In this document: positions 38,498 to 51,240 of the stretch, piece by piece
Position numbering within the stretch: the first letter of the stretch is position 1
How the letters are laid out: every line of letters starts with the position of its first letter
NCBI RefSeq assembly: GCF_003704095.1
Contig: NW_020845647.1
Span: 434,001 to 498,000 of the forward strand
Origin: Pocillopora damicornis
Lineage: Eukaryota
Length of the DNA: 64,000 nt
Reading direction: 5' to 3'
Position numbers and translations under genes: made by a program
The notes under the pieces: generated by a model
What the model saw: only the letters and a program-made list of their open reading frames with translations
The model's database searches: none
What the model was told of the DNA's origin: nothing

Positions 38498-41399
38498 AAA
38501 TTTACATCACTACAGTTATTTAATTAAGACGTGTATTTATTGAAAAAATCTACGTGTGTAGCTTCTAATATGGTCTATTCTGTGTTTATTTTGGCAACTT
38601 AATGCACGAAACATCGCCTGATTAAACAAAATGGTTTTAAGTTGTATTAAAATGAAATAAGTATGAGAAGAGTCGTAGAGAAAATTAAGTATCCGGTCAA
38701 TAAAGGGCATTTGGCACAACACGGCGGCAAAACAGAAACAGACTGTTTAATATTAACCACCACGAAAATCGCCTTGTTTTGTTACGGAATAGTTTTCGGT
38801 ATTTTCAGTTTTCAAAGATAATCTTTAATCATTTTTTGAACATAGAAATTCTCACTCTTCTCAGAAATTAAAAAAGGGGATACGAGAAACTATTGTCAGA
38901 TTCCTCGATTGAATAAAACGCGTCGTTTCAAAACTGACGACGTAGATAAACTTAAGAAACAAAACGAATTTTTTAAATTAACTTGATTTTGGCCTGGACT
39001 CAGGTATATATATCTGTTGCTGAAAAGGGTTTAACCTTGGCGGAAATTTTTACTTTTCTGCATTGCAAGTTCAGTTTAAGATATGAACTTAGAAGTAACA
39101 CAATGATTTTATCCAATTTAATTAAAATTTTAATCTTTCTATTTACTAGAGGGATAAAGTCATTGAATGTTCCTTAAACATTGATAACAGGAAAAAGTTT
39201 GATGACTGAACAATATTTTGCAGCACACCCCAAACCCGACGTAAAAATTTTTTCAAACTGCATTAAAATAACGTTTTAGTCTTTGTTACTCCTTTACGAG
39301 TCTCGAGTAATGTTTTTTTTATTCGCCCCAAGCAACGATTTCGCTTCACGTTGTCGCTAACCCGTACTCGTTGATGTACCAAATCTCGATTGCTTTTCCT
39401 GATTTACAAGTATTCTGTCTGGTCTCTAGCCCACTCGCGCAGTTTATGATGTCAGTATGACAGCTTGAGGTTTTGATACAATTTCTTTGAGCACCTTGGC
39501 CTTCGATAGTCTTTTCATCGAAAAATTCAGGAAACATTGCCTTTGCAAGATGTATTTCCCCGTTAAGACAGTCCACCTTAGCTGATGAAAGTAATTCCAA
39601 TGAACCTGAACTAGAACTTGAAGAATCGTCACTGTGTTTGTATAAAACAAACCCTTGCTGAAATGTTTTGACAAGACTTTCGCTGATGCTCTGTCGACAA
39701 GCCATTTTTGTTCCCATGAAGGAAAAAATTTAAGGAACTATTTGTTTGGGCTGTCACCCCAAGTAGGCAGAAAGCTCGACTGATATTCGGTTTGACAAAC
39801 ATCTCATAAAACTACAATGGTAAGTGAAGTTACGTAATGAACATTGAGCTGTCTGCACGAGGCGAGGCACGTGAAACTGTGTGCGCGTGATGTGACTTAG
39901 ATTAAGGTTTTAAATTAGCGGTGCCACAGAGATCTTAGTGCAAAGTCTCAAAATTTTTTAAAAAAATCTTAAAGATTAAGAAATTGAGATATGATGATAC
40001 AAAGCTCTGAAAATGGCATTGCAAATGAACTTTATTCTGCTTAAGAATAAAACTCGATGAAATCATATCACACATCTTGTATGACTATGAATTACCTTCC
40101 CCACAAGAATTTGTTTGAAATTTATTTCTCATTTTGTACTCAATCCATTTTTTAAGTAAACTACAAACAATAATACAAAGAGTTTCTTTCAAATTAGTTT
40201 TTTTTCATAATTTTAATTTCAAGCTGGAATGAAAATTTCAAAGAGATCAGTTGATCCATGGCAAATTGTTTGAAAAATGATGTTAATGTGATTTCCATTG
40301 ATCAAGTCAAGGTCAGCTTCTGCGCGCATCAAAGTAATTATTCTTTTATGTCGGAAGGTGATGTCTGGTCTCATTATAGTGATCATGAGAATTCAAGCGA
40401 TGCTGGATATAGATGTGTCAGCGTGCTTTCTTGTTTTGTATCAGTATTAGTTTGAATAAGTATTAAAACAGTTTATGCCAAAAACCAACTTTGATTGCGA
40501 TTTGAGGGATTTTGCCAACAGAAGCTTAAGTGCCAACAGATTCGTTCGTTTAATTGATGCTATTATTAATTTGACTACTGGGATCATGGTGGGCCAAGCT
40601 AATGGAAGGAGACAAAGAATTATTATTTTTCTCTCTAATTAGCATTCTTGAAGTATAAACTGGGCTCGATTCAAGACCCAGATCACATGTATCGTGTTTG
40701 AGGGATAATTAGCTTAGCTTTCGCTCGTCCAATTTCTGCTTCTTACTCAACTTATGGCACAACCGGGAAATAAGAAATGCAAACTCAGGATCGACGTTGG
40801 CGACTTTATGTCATCATGACGCACAAGTTCTAGAGAATAACAAGAATGGATCTATTGCTTCCTATTTCTAAAGGTGACATCACATAGTGTAGTAACAGTC
40901 TAAATAAAAAAAAAGCTATTTAATAATAAATGTCGAATGAGTTCGTTTCTCCACAATATCCAACGTAAATGCCTGCAAAAATAGCTCTGTAATCCTAAAA
41001 AACTTACCTTAAAGCAGATTCCTTCTCTGAGTGAAAGTCAAAATTGGATTTTTCCTCCTTAAAGCACTTCCATGTTCAACGGAAACTTTAATGACTTTGA
41101 TATAGTCCTTAAAAATTTATAATCCGTCGTTTTCCAGTGAGACAGCCACAAAAGTCTCAAGAACTCCACTCTCAGTTCATTTTCAATACGAGCCACTCTA
41201 ACGATTTCGATTTTTTTAACATCCAAGTTAATCGTTATGTTCTTCCTCGCAAAGTAACACTATTGATTCTCGGAAATAAAAGAGGATACTTTTTTGAAAG
41301 GATTATGTAACTCAGAGTCTTGGAAAAACACGTGCAAAGGCAATTGAAGACAACATGGTGTGAAAAGAATTTTTCTTCGATATAAATTAACATTAAATG

Positions 41400-41845
41400 A
41401 ATGTAAATATCATATACATGAACTGCGGTTGAAGAAACGAATATGGAAGCGATCCTCGCAGTTATGGACACTACTTAAGTAGCAGTGAAAATAACGTCTG
41501 AAAAATTCAGGTCTGTAAGGGATTTGTACCCATGACTATTTCACTGCTTCTTGAGTAGTGTTTATAAATGTGAGGATCGCTTCCGTATTCGTTTCTTCAA
41601 CCACAGTTTACATATATGATTTCCATATATTTACAGTCATTTATTCACCACTTTGAGGGTTTATTTGGAACCAACATAATAACCAATTCCCAGTTGGCTT
41701 GTCAGCTCAGTTGGTAGAGCGCTGCACTAGTAACGCAGAGGTCATGGGTTCAAATCCCGAACGGGCCTGAATCTTTTTCAGGCTTTATATTCACTACTAC
41801 TTAAGTAGTATTCATAACTACGAGGATCGCTTCCATATTCGTAAA
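41400..41845. repeat. tRNA-derived repeat units in head-to-head (inverted) arrangement
   Basis: 41405-41535 is in one orientation and 41540-41845 in the opposite, forming a long imperfect palindrome. Confidence 0.8.
41696..41768 (+). tRNA. tRNA-Thr(AGT)-like sequence, probably a repeat-borne pseudogene
   Basis: Cloverleaf GGCTTGT-CA-GCTC AGTTGGTA GAGC-G-CTGCA CTAGTAA CGCAG-AGGTC-ATGGG TTCAAAT CCCGA-ACGGGCC, with stem mismatches and C at position 8. Confidence 0.5.
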
Positions 41846-44800
41846 TTAGCATTGTTCGATTTGCAGAAAATCGCACTTCATGGTGTTATGCTGATCAATT
41901 ATCGGTGGAATCGACTCGGAACATAATAGCTCATTCTTGGTTTGTTTTACAGTAATCTAGACTTTTAAGAAAGCTCATTGAAGTGATATTTTTAAAGTCG
42001 CTCCATGTCGCTTTTTTCAAAGAGGACTTATTTTCAATCAGAGTGGTAAGGTCTAATTCGATATCGCCGCCAAGAACTGATTTCTACGAATTTTTAATCG
42101 AAAGTTTGTCCGGTCTTTGTCGATATTTGGGTGTTCCGCTGCCCAGATATGAGTCATGAAAGACTTTTTCAATTCTTTTGACGAACATGAGCACGATTTT
42201 TAAATTCAGGTGGGTGAATTTGAGTGATTTCCATCGTAATATTCTGTTTACATTCCCTTCAACATCCACCCTTGAATCCGAAAGAAGAACATTATAACTT
42301 GCGGAATATTTATTCTGCCCTGCCCATTAATGTTTTCCTTTGCTTCTTTTGTCACAAAAAGAATATCCGGTTCCAATCATATCTATCAATAATCCTCCTC
42401 AGACAGACCAAATAATGTCTGCGGTGCACTTTATATCTTGCTGAAGCTCATTACGTAATCCCCTGAAGCGAATATTTAACGTATAGACGCACTACCCTGT
42501 TAGAAATGAATCTCCGTATGTCACTGCCCGGTTTCTCTGATCATCGTTGAGAATAACCTCGCGTTCCCAAATGTTCCGCTCCTCTTATCCCTTGCGAGCG
42601 GGAAACGAGGACCAAATTAAATCGTGCAGTATGTGTCCCATTCTTCCCCACTATCTACTTATTTTGACCTTTTATGATGAAACTAGAGATTATTTCGCAA
42701 TAAAAGAGAAAAAAAACGTAGCAAGAATAATAAAACATAACTCTTCGCTAAGATACATATGTTGTCTGTGATCTGCTGCATTCTCAATTGGTATGGAATA
42801 AAATTGAATAAAACATGAACATCCAAATACGGCAGAGATGAAAGCAGAGAAACTGCGTTGCCGCTGGCTAAAAAAATAACCGTCGCTCTCTAGTAGAGTT
42901 GAATAACGAAATACTATGTCAGAGGCTCAAGCGCACGAGGCTTAAAATTCAGGGAAATTTGAGAAAAACAAATGGGCTGGCATTTAAAACCAAGGCATAT
43001 CGTTGTCGATGAAGGCAATTTCCTATTTGTAGTATTTCTAGGAAGAAAATTAATGTTTGAAAATATTTAGACGATTCGTAAAATCTGCTTGAATTCAAAA
43101 CCGCAAAATGTCCATGCAATATATGAACGAATTATGTAATATAGAAAAAAACTAGTAAAGTAAGAACTGACTTAAAATCATAACATGAATATCTGTTGAT
43201 TGTTATGGGCACTACTGCCATGGATGACTAGTGAAGGGATGTTTCATATGAGTACCACTACGTTAAGATATGGAGGGAAATCTGACTCACATACGGGGTC
43301 ATTCATTAGAATTGGAATAAGAAATTTCTTTGGTGTTTTCATTTAACAGGACATTTCGTCTTTTGTCTCTTTTCGCGGATTGAGGAAAAATCCGCAAAAG
43401 TTTGTTATGTCAAAAATTCTCATGCCATAATGAATAGCCACTGATTGTACGAAGCCAATGACATAAGATATCAGCCAAGAATACACTTTATAAGTGCGTT
43501 TTATTACAACATTTTAATAGCCAGTGAAGCAATCGAGTCTGTCTCGAGTTCCTAAAATTCAATGTGCTAACACGAGTTCACCTTTGGATTCATTTCTAGC
43601 AGATCTATGTAAAGTTCCTCTTTTTCGACGCGCAGTAAGCTTCTACTGCCCTGCAAAACTCGATTTCTTCTGAAGATAGGGCAAGATTCTGAAATGAAAT
43701 TTAAATCCGTTTAGAGCAAGAAACTTAAAATTTATCGAAAAATTCTAAGAACAGTCCTCAGGACTGTTAATAATCTTCACTGCAATTTACGTCTGAGTTT
43801 ATCTCGATGAATAACAATCATAACAATCTGACATCCAACATCTAATGGACAGCTTTAAGAATAGTAATCAGACCAGATTTATAAATAATCCATGAAAGGG
43901 GAACTGGAAAAATGGCTTCTAAGTAAATCAAGAATCTTTGGTTTGTATAATTGGACGAAGACACTTCACAGATGGAATTACTCTTTGTTCAGGGAGTTTT
44001 TATAAAGTGAGCATATTCCTAAAAAAAAACTGTCCAGTAAATTTTGCAAACTGCGTCAACTAAGTAAGCTTAGAATTAAAAAAAAAAAAAATGTACAATT
44101 ATCCCATCAACCCACTCATTAGGAAAGCTCGGGCTCCATTGATTTTCTGAAACCACGCAGGGCCTACGTTACACTTTGCCTAAGTAACCAGCGTTATGAT
44201 TGTATAACGTTCTATCACGTTGCATGAAAATGATTTTATTTATATTTTGCGTCCATTGTCTTTGAAGGGAACTAGTAATTTATGTATTGACGAAACTTCT
44301 CACACTCCCTAACTGAATGGAAATGTTCACGAAAAAACAGCTCGATGGATAAACATCTGCCAAGCGATCGAAAAGAGTCTAAAGAGAGATTGAAACAGTT
44401 CCCCGCTATACTAATTTGCTTTCTTGTGCTTTGGCACCAACTTAGTTGTTTCTTTCAAGAATCTAATGAACAAAATTTGAATCTAACCAAAGCAAAAATT
44501 TCAAAAAATCTTTTTATCAACCACTCTTGTATGAAATCTGTAGAAAAAACATGAGTTTAGTTGGTAAAGCAGGTTGGCTGCGAAATCAGAAAATGATTCT
44601 GTGGTTGGAGTTTTAACGAAGGGCTCAGATGTTTTCAACGAACAACTAAGAAATATTTTTCTTTTTGTTCTGCTCTTGTGTCAAATTTTTAACAATTTTC
44701 TTTCTTTCGTTCTTTAACGTATCGTGTTGTTAATATCAAGTGGTTACGAAAACCGCAAACCTCCGCTGTTCTTTGAACTGTGGTGACTGAGAAGGTCGCG

Positions 44801-47371
44801 TTTTGAGCGAGACACTCGTCTAAAGTATGAGGAATTTCAGCTTATCGTATAACATACATAAAAGGTGGCGTATCACCGACCTGCTGCCGTTTTCCTGCTT
44901 TTGGTCTTTTTCCCTTTGGGAGTCCACCTGCCCCAGCTGTAAATGAATCTCCCTCAGGAATACAAACGATAAATACTATCGCCATTGCAACTGTGAAGAC
45001 TTTGATGTTCATTTTTAGAGCAGCTTACTGATCCCAGTGTATATTTGCCTTCCTGTTCAAACAAAACGGATAGGTTACTCAAACTGGCTGTTAAACTGTC
45101 CCTTAGCTGACTCTTATAAGCCCAAGGAATTTTCATGACAAAGAAATTCTCTTAAAGAAGCTTCCTTACTTTGATATTTTCAAACAAAAGCTTATTTGAA
45201 AATCTAATTTTGCCGGACACAACTATTTATCACCATTTAGGCCAGTTCTTGACACAATGTCTGCTGAGTTAATCAAGTTAATTTGTATCTCGTTTATCTC
45301 TATTGTTTCGTCTAAGTGAAAAACGATTTCACCAGACAACGAAGATGCTTTTGATCATTAGTGTTCTCTTTCATGAGAAATTAAGCCAATTTAAGTTTTC
45401 CCATAACAAGCGTGGCTTTCATGAAAACTTTTAAACCGGGATCAAAAAATTAACAAAGATTGCCCACAAAATTAGAAAACAGTTTTTTGTCCTCAAATCA
45501 ACTTCCAGTTCCAATGTCTGGATCCGGCTTTTGTGTTTGCATCATCCAGCAGAGTAAGTGGTTTGAGAACGCAATTACAGATAAATCAATCATCAAAGTT
45601 TATCATTTATAACTTAAATTAAGTCACTTTGTATAGTTAACCAATATCATATCGGTGTGAAAGTTTAATTTACTCATTTGATCGCTTTGCCGGATTTTGT
45701 TAGTGATATTGTCACCACTGAGAAATTAAATCTTGATCAAAAACTGTACTACTCTAAAAGTTGTCGGAAAAAGGTTAAGTAGAGGTATTCACTGATCTGA
45801 TTTACTACCAAATGCAATTGCCTATAGCAAATCATACTACAGAAGAAAAAAAAACAGTTTAAAATATCCATGTTTGTACAGACCAGATGTAAAGAATATC
45901 ACACCTTAAGAGTCCGGGGAAAAATTGGCGTCGTCTATGACACTTCCCCCGAAAGTCATATCGAAATTATTTCATCACACCGTTCACTGAAAATGACATG
46001 AAATATGAAACGTGTGTGTTAGCAAGACTTTGGACTCCTTATTTTCATTTTGTTTTTTTCTTTGCGATGGAAAAACTACTAATCTTGAAATAACACCCCT
46101 TTTTCCTCAATTTAATTCTGCCTACGATTTGGTTACAAAAAGGGAGAATTTTCCGTCACAGTGTTGTGCGTTTTAAAAGGTGTTTTCCCCAAGGACCAGA
46201 AAGCATGAAAAGGTTAACAGCGGTTAAAGAAAAATTATCTTTTAACAAATTTTAGATACTTGAGATTGATAAATTTGGATTCTGCCTAAGGTTTGGTTAG
46301 AAACTTCAAATAAGTTTCGAAAAAACAAACTTCGTGTTCATTTGTGATGCAAAAAGAAGATATTTTACACCTTTTTTCACGATGGCCGAGTAGATCAGAA
46401 GTTCAAAAATTCCAATTGGTTTATCAGAGTACAATGAAACTTACTGAGGACGTATGTCTCATGGTATTATCTTCCTTGAAGGCCATTAGCAAAACACTGA
46501 AGTTAATAAACAAATGTTTCATCGAGGTAAGATAATATTAATATATCAATATCTGTAGTGAATGAATCATTTGTCAACACCAGAAATTTGTAAAGCTTCC
46601 GACAGAGCAATCAACTCATCCACACCTATATCAGAACCAAAACATATTACATTTCGCCCCAAAAAGATGAAATGAACCTGGCGCAGACACAGAGTTGGAA
46701 AAAATTTTCAAAAACTCTGATGCAGTAGAGTAAGACATGTCAATAAAAGAGGCTAAGCTTCTAAAGAAATTGTGGTGCTGCGTCTGTGTGTGTAGGGGGG
46801 GGGGTGTGGTGCTGCGTCTGTGTGGGGGGGGGGGTTGGGGATATTACAAGATAATTTAGTTTCATCAACTGAGATAATAACATAAATTGACCACCGTACT
46901 TTCTAAAGCTGACGTGTCGAGCGTTAACCCGTCGTCAAACCGACTAAGACACAGATGTACACGACCCTATCTAATCATCATCAGAAAATATCATGTCAAA
47001 ATCATGAGCCGAACACTTTTCTAAATGTCTATGCGACACCCTCCTTTTTGGTCAAAGAACTCCAAGACTCCAGCTTAATTACTGAAGCGATAGACCACAG
47101 TTTTATTCGGTTAAACTACACGATGAAAACTTATTTTAAGTCAGTTGTCATCGGGTGGTGATTTACAAACTTCTGACTTTTCCTCTACGCCACTATGCCG
47201 ATAAAAAGTTCGGTGTATGGTGTAAAGATATTGATTTTGATAAATCAACCTTACGCTATTCTTTAGGAAGCGGCACAACAACAGAAAGACTATTGGCCAA
47301 TCAGAGCTTGCGTTGTGTCAGTTTGCCATTGTACTAGATCTGCAACAATCAGTTTGATTATAAAACGCTGC

Positions 47372-48653
47372 AAGAAAAACTTACGTTTACTCTTTTGCCT
47401 CCTTTCGTGAGCGAGATTTTTTAGTCAATAATCTTCATTCCTTCACGTCTTCTGACCACTTCACCGTCAAGAGATTACAAACATAATCTCTGGTTATGGT
47501 ATATATTTCCTAAATCCACTGTTTTGATATAGCTGATGAAACAACGAAAAATTGAATAACAATGAAGAATAACTGAACGTCAGTCTAAAGGATTTTTTTC
47601 ATCAGAAAAAGCTTTTTTTTCTTTCCTTTTTGCCGTTTTTCCCTCCACTATCACTTAGAGAAATGCAGAGGCCACCATCTCAGAACACATGCCTACCAAC
47701 GATGTTATATGTATATGCAGATTAACCGTCTCATCATAGGTGTCCCTCCATCATCATTACGTATCAATGGCGTCAATAACCAGAGTGGCCTGTTCTTCGC
47801 ATCGACTTGTCTCAGAAACGCGCTCGAGAAGAAACAAAATCCTGAAACGAACACTAAACAGGATTATACTTGCTTTGAACTTTGGGTGCCAATATACAAA
47901 ACACAGAAAACTCAAACACAGATCAGCGGCAAGCTTCAGAGGAAGCTCAGTGTTTCATTATTAAGCATGCACTTTAGATGCTAAAGAGAATTCTCTACCA
48001 CAAAGTTCATGAATTATTTGAAGGTTGCCTATTAGACGTTTTCATGCCATTTTACCCAACTAGCGCCATTTTAGCGGTGGTAATCAAGCATTTATTCACA
48101 TAATTGTCACCAAAAGAGAAACCTGCTATTTATTGTGTTGATCATCCAATTTATTGAGAAAATTTTCAACGAGACAATCAATATAATGTATGAGTGGAAT
48201 TTACAGAATACATTACGCAACAGCATAGTAAAATATCTATCAAAACCGACCTTTATATGTACTTAAGGAGCATTAATTAAGCAAGCGTTAACTAAATCTC
48301 CAAACTAAATGATGAAAAACTGCAATATTTATTTACGACCTCACTCCCGGTTCAACTGAAAGTCCGAGCACTTTTAATTGACTGTATGGAAGTGTTTGGC
48401 GACTGTATGAAATGTTTTTCCTATCTCATCTGGCAGAAAAGACGGTTTTTTCATATATTTATTTTATTTTGGGTTCTATCAGAGAGTAGAAAATAAAAGC
48501 CTCCAGCGAAGCGCTTCGAAAACTTTATTGTCAGTGTTATTAACTTGCGATTATATTTTTCTCCAGATAGCAGCAAAGGCTCTGAGACACGTCAGCATGA
48601 ATTAATGATCTAAATGCAGCCTGGCAATTGTGATAGAAATGGAAAAGATTTAA
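47372..48653 (+). pseudogene. Possible decayed ninth family member
   Basis: 47372-47498 reads (K for M)KNLRLLFCLLFVSEIFLVNNLHS/FTSSDHFTV-KR-LQT*SLVM|GT if two 1-nt deletions in T runs are repaired. At 48567, after a strong acceptor, it reads IAAKALRHVSMN**SKC, resembling LRRVC-x6-C. Several repairs are needed. Confidence 0.3.
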
Positions 48654-50794
48654 AAGCGTCATAGAAGCAACATACATTCCCTCAGTACTTCTGTGCTTTT
48701 ATTATCTGATTACAGTGAAGTTCACGGGAAAAGATGTAGTCGCAAGTCCACAATTTATTTACAAACTCCGGCAATCGAGAACAGGTCAGATCCACATACA
48801 CTTCTTAACCTTTGCGCGATACACTGAATTTTTCTTTTTTTCCGACTAAAGAAATAAAGCACAACAAACATGGCGACTCATTCTCCTCGTGTTCGCTCTT
48901 AGACTTCTATGCCTTAAGGGAGGCACAGGCATCCCAACACTAGAATAAGAAATCGTTTTACGAGTGAAAATATTCAATAAAAAAGGTAACGACAAAAGGG
49001 ATGGAAAATTTACCCTCAAACTTAAATACAACCCGTTGGGTTTGTGTCACAGACGCAAACCAAAGTGGCAAAGAACGTTACTGGCAGGTGACAGAGAAAT
49101 GTCTTGGATTTATTGCAGTTAACTGATTCCAGATTTAGAAATGAAACCTCCAGTCCCCAACGAACAGGCATGTATGTGTCTGGGTAACAAGCCTGTGAAG
49201 TCTTAGAAACTCAGTTTCACCAGCTGGGTTTTAAAACACTCAAAAGCATTAACTTGGTGCATTTCAAATAGTTTGGTTCATTTATCTACGATATGAGCTA
49301 AAGATCACTTTCATTTGTTTAACTAACAGGAAAACCAGGATTTTTTCTTCTTTCGACATTTTTCAAGAGCAAGCCTTTAGCAGAATTTTATGGACAGATT
49401 TATTCATGCAACTTGAGTGTTCTTCAATAATCCATTTTCGTGATCATCAGTTGTTTGAAAATACCTAAAAAGAATGTCACAATTACTAAAACATACTTTT
49501 TGTTAAGTCACATTTTTAAATTACAAACAAACTTCATGTTCCCCCGAAGTCTTCTGTTCAAGGATTTTTCCACGATCAAACACTAACTCACAGCGAACTC
49601 AGTTGCGCAAGCTGGCGGAAATTCAGAAGAAAGCAAGCCCATTATAATACAAAAGAACCATTTCGTGTTTATACTTGAATTATAGTTTATAATGATAAAA
49701 TTAATTGCTTGAAAAATTTGCGCAATTGCTGTTGTCTTAATGGACCCCTCATATAATTAAAACCTCCATAAATACCAAAATTAGTAACACAGTTTTCGCT
49801 TGAGCCAGAAAAATACTGCGCAAAACATACAGTCAGCGGATTGGTTTTTGTCGGAGTGGTATTTGTCGGTAAATGTAGCTATTTAATGCAGTAAGTTTGA
49901 TTAAATATAATTTCTTGTAGGTGTTGAGATATGAATTCTAGTCAAGATGAGTTTCTTTTTATTTTTGGATCATTTAAGATTTGATAAAGAGAGTTTTGTA
50001 TTTAAGGTTGAATCGCAGTCTTTCGCCTTATGATTGAACATATCTAAATACTTCTGGAATGACATGAAAATTTGTTTCAATTTCGTTTTAATTTCGAAAA
50101 GCATTGTGTCAAACTGATCGATGACACGGTTTTCGGGGGTATACAATTGTATGAAGTCTCATTTTGTCGCTTTTTATTGATTTATAATGTTTAATTCGAT
50201 TTGCGGCTTCTATACAGTATTTCCTTTGATTTGCACCTCGCCTAAATCATGTTCATAAAAAGCCAGCTAAATTCAAGTTTATTGAAATTAACTTATTAAA
50301 AGGTTAGAGAAGCATTAATTTTAAATAGAGCAAATTGCATAAAGAAAGGAGAGGAAACTTGGAAGAACTCGTCAACAAACAGGAGACGCAAATTGAATAA
50401 AAACGTATTTCCTCTTTGACGGATGTCCAAGGAATACGTGAGCATCAGCGCTTTAGTGGCAAAACTCTGCTTTTGACATTGTTCAACGAAACTATACTTC
50501 CAAGTATAAGTTTTGTCAAAAACCCTTTTAGCTGTAAATCACAACTGAAGGTTTTTAGACTGCAAATCAGACTACGAATTTTTTTACATATTGCAACTTT
50601 TAAAGGGAGAACGTGTTTTGAATGAGTTATTTATGTCTGAAAGGACGGTAACAAATAAACACATTAGGGGCTACTATCAAAGCTTACTTTGAAAATACCG
50701 CCTAATCGCCAGTAAGGTTCCAATCAATTATACCATCGCCAAGAGACTGTTTTCATAAGCTTCACCCCTTTGCATTAAATGAAATAACGTACAT

Positions 50795-51035
50795 TATTTC
50801 CTCGATGTGGGTTTATTAACCTGCAGGTTGTCCATTTTCTAATTGATTCAGCTTCCTTTCGCTGACAGAAGACAACATCACCATCATTACGGAAAATAAA
50901 AGAGAAGGCCACTCTATTCTTTTGAAGTAAGCCATCTCGTTAGCAGTGTTATTAACTTAACGCCTTGTTCGGTTGTCATTTGGCATCGTTTTGTTATTGA
51001 CGCAACACAGGTGGTTTAGCAAACCATTTAAAGGT
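50795..51035 (+). promoter_or_regulatory. Proximal promoter of G, homologous to that of H (53730-53985)
   Basis: Shared GTGGG..GGTTG..ATTTT..TTGA(A)TTCA(G)CTTCCTTT blocks and ATTTAAA boxes at 51025 and 53975. Confidence 0.55.
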
Positions 51036-51117
51036 GCTGCACTATCATGCAGTACTCACAAGAAAATTTGGTTAGATTCAAGCACGCCTTTTTGCCTTAG
51101 GCTAAATTCATCTTAAG

Positions 51118-51240
51118 ATGTGTCCAAGACTCACTGTCGTGTTTTTGCTCGTTCTTGTTGCCGTCTCCATGTTCCCACAGACGTACGCCTTCACTGCTGG
51201 AGCAGGGAATATTGGTAAACGAGGCGAGAATTATTTCCAG
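51118..51240 (+). CDS. Secreted peptide precursor G, first coding exon (predicted FTAGAGNI-amide)
   Basis: MCPRLTVVFLLVLVAVSMFPQTYA/FTAGAGNI-GKR-GENYFQ, then CAG|GTAAAT, phase 0. No private Cys exon found between 51241 and 54000; may splice to 55330. Confidence 0.88.

Noticed and set aside
39346-39717. 123-aa minus-strand ORF
   Set aside because: No recognisable domain; probably a transposon remnant, and I cannot support a call.
44390-44554. Signal-like LKQFPAILICFLVLWHQLSC/F
   Set aside because: No in-frame ATG at the right place, no family motif and no matching donor.
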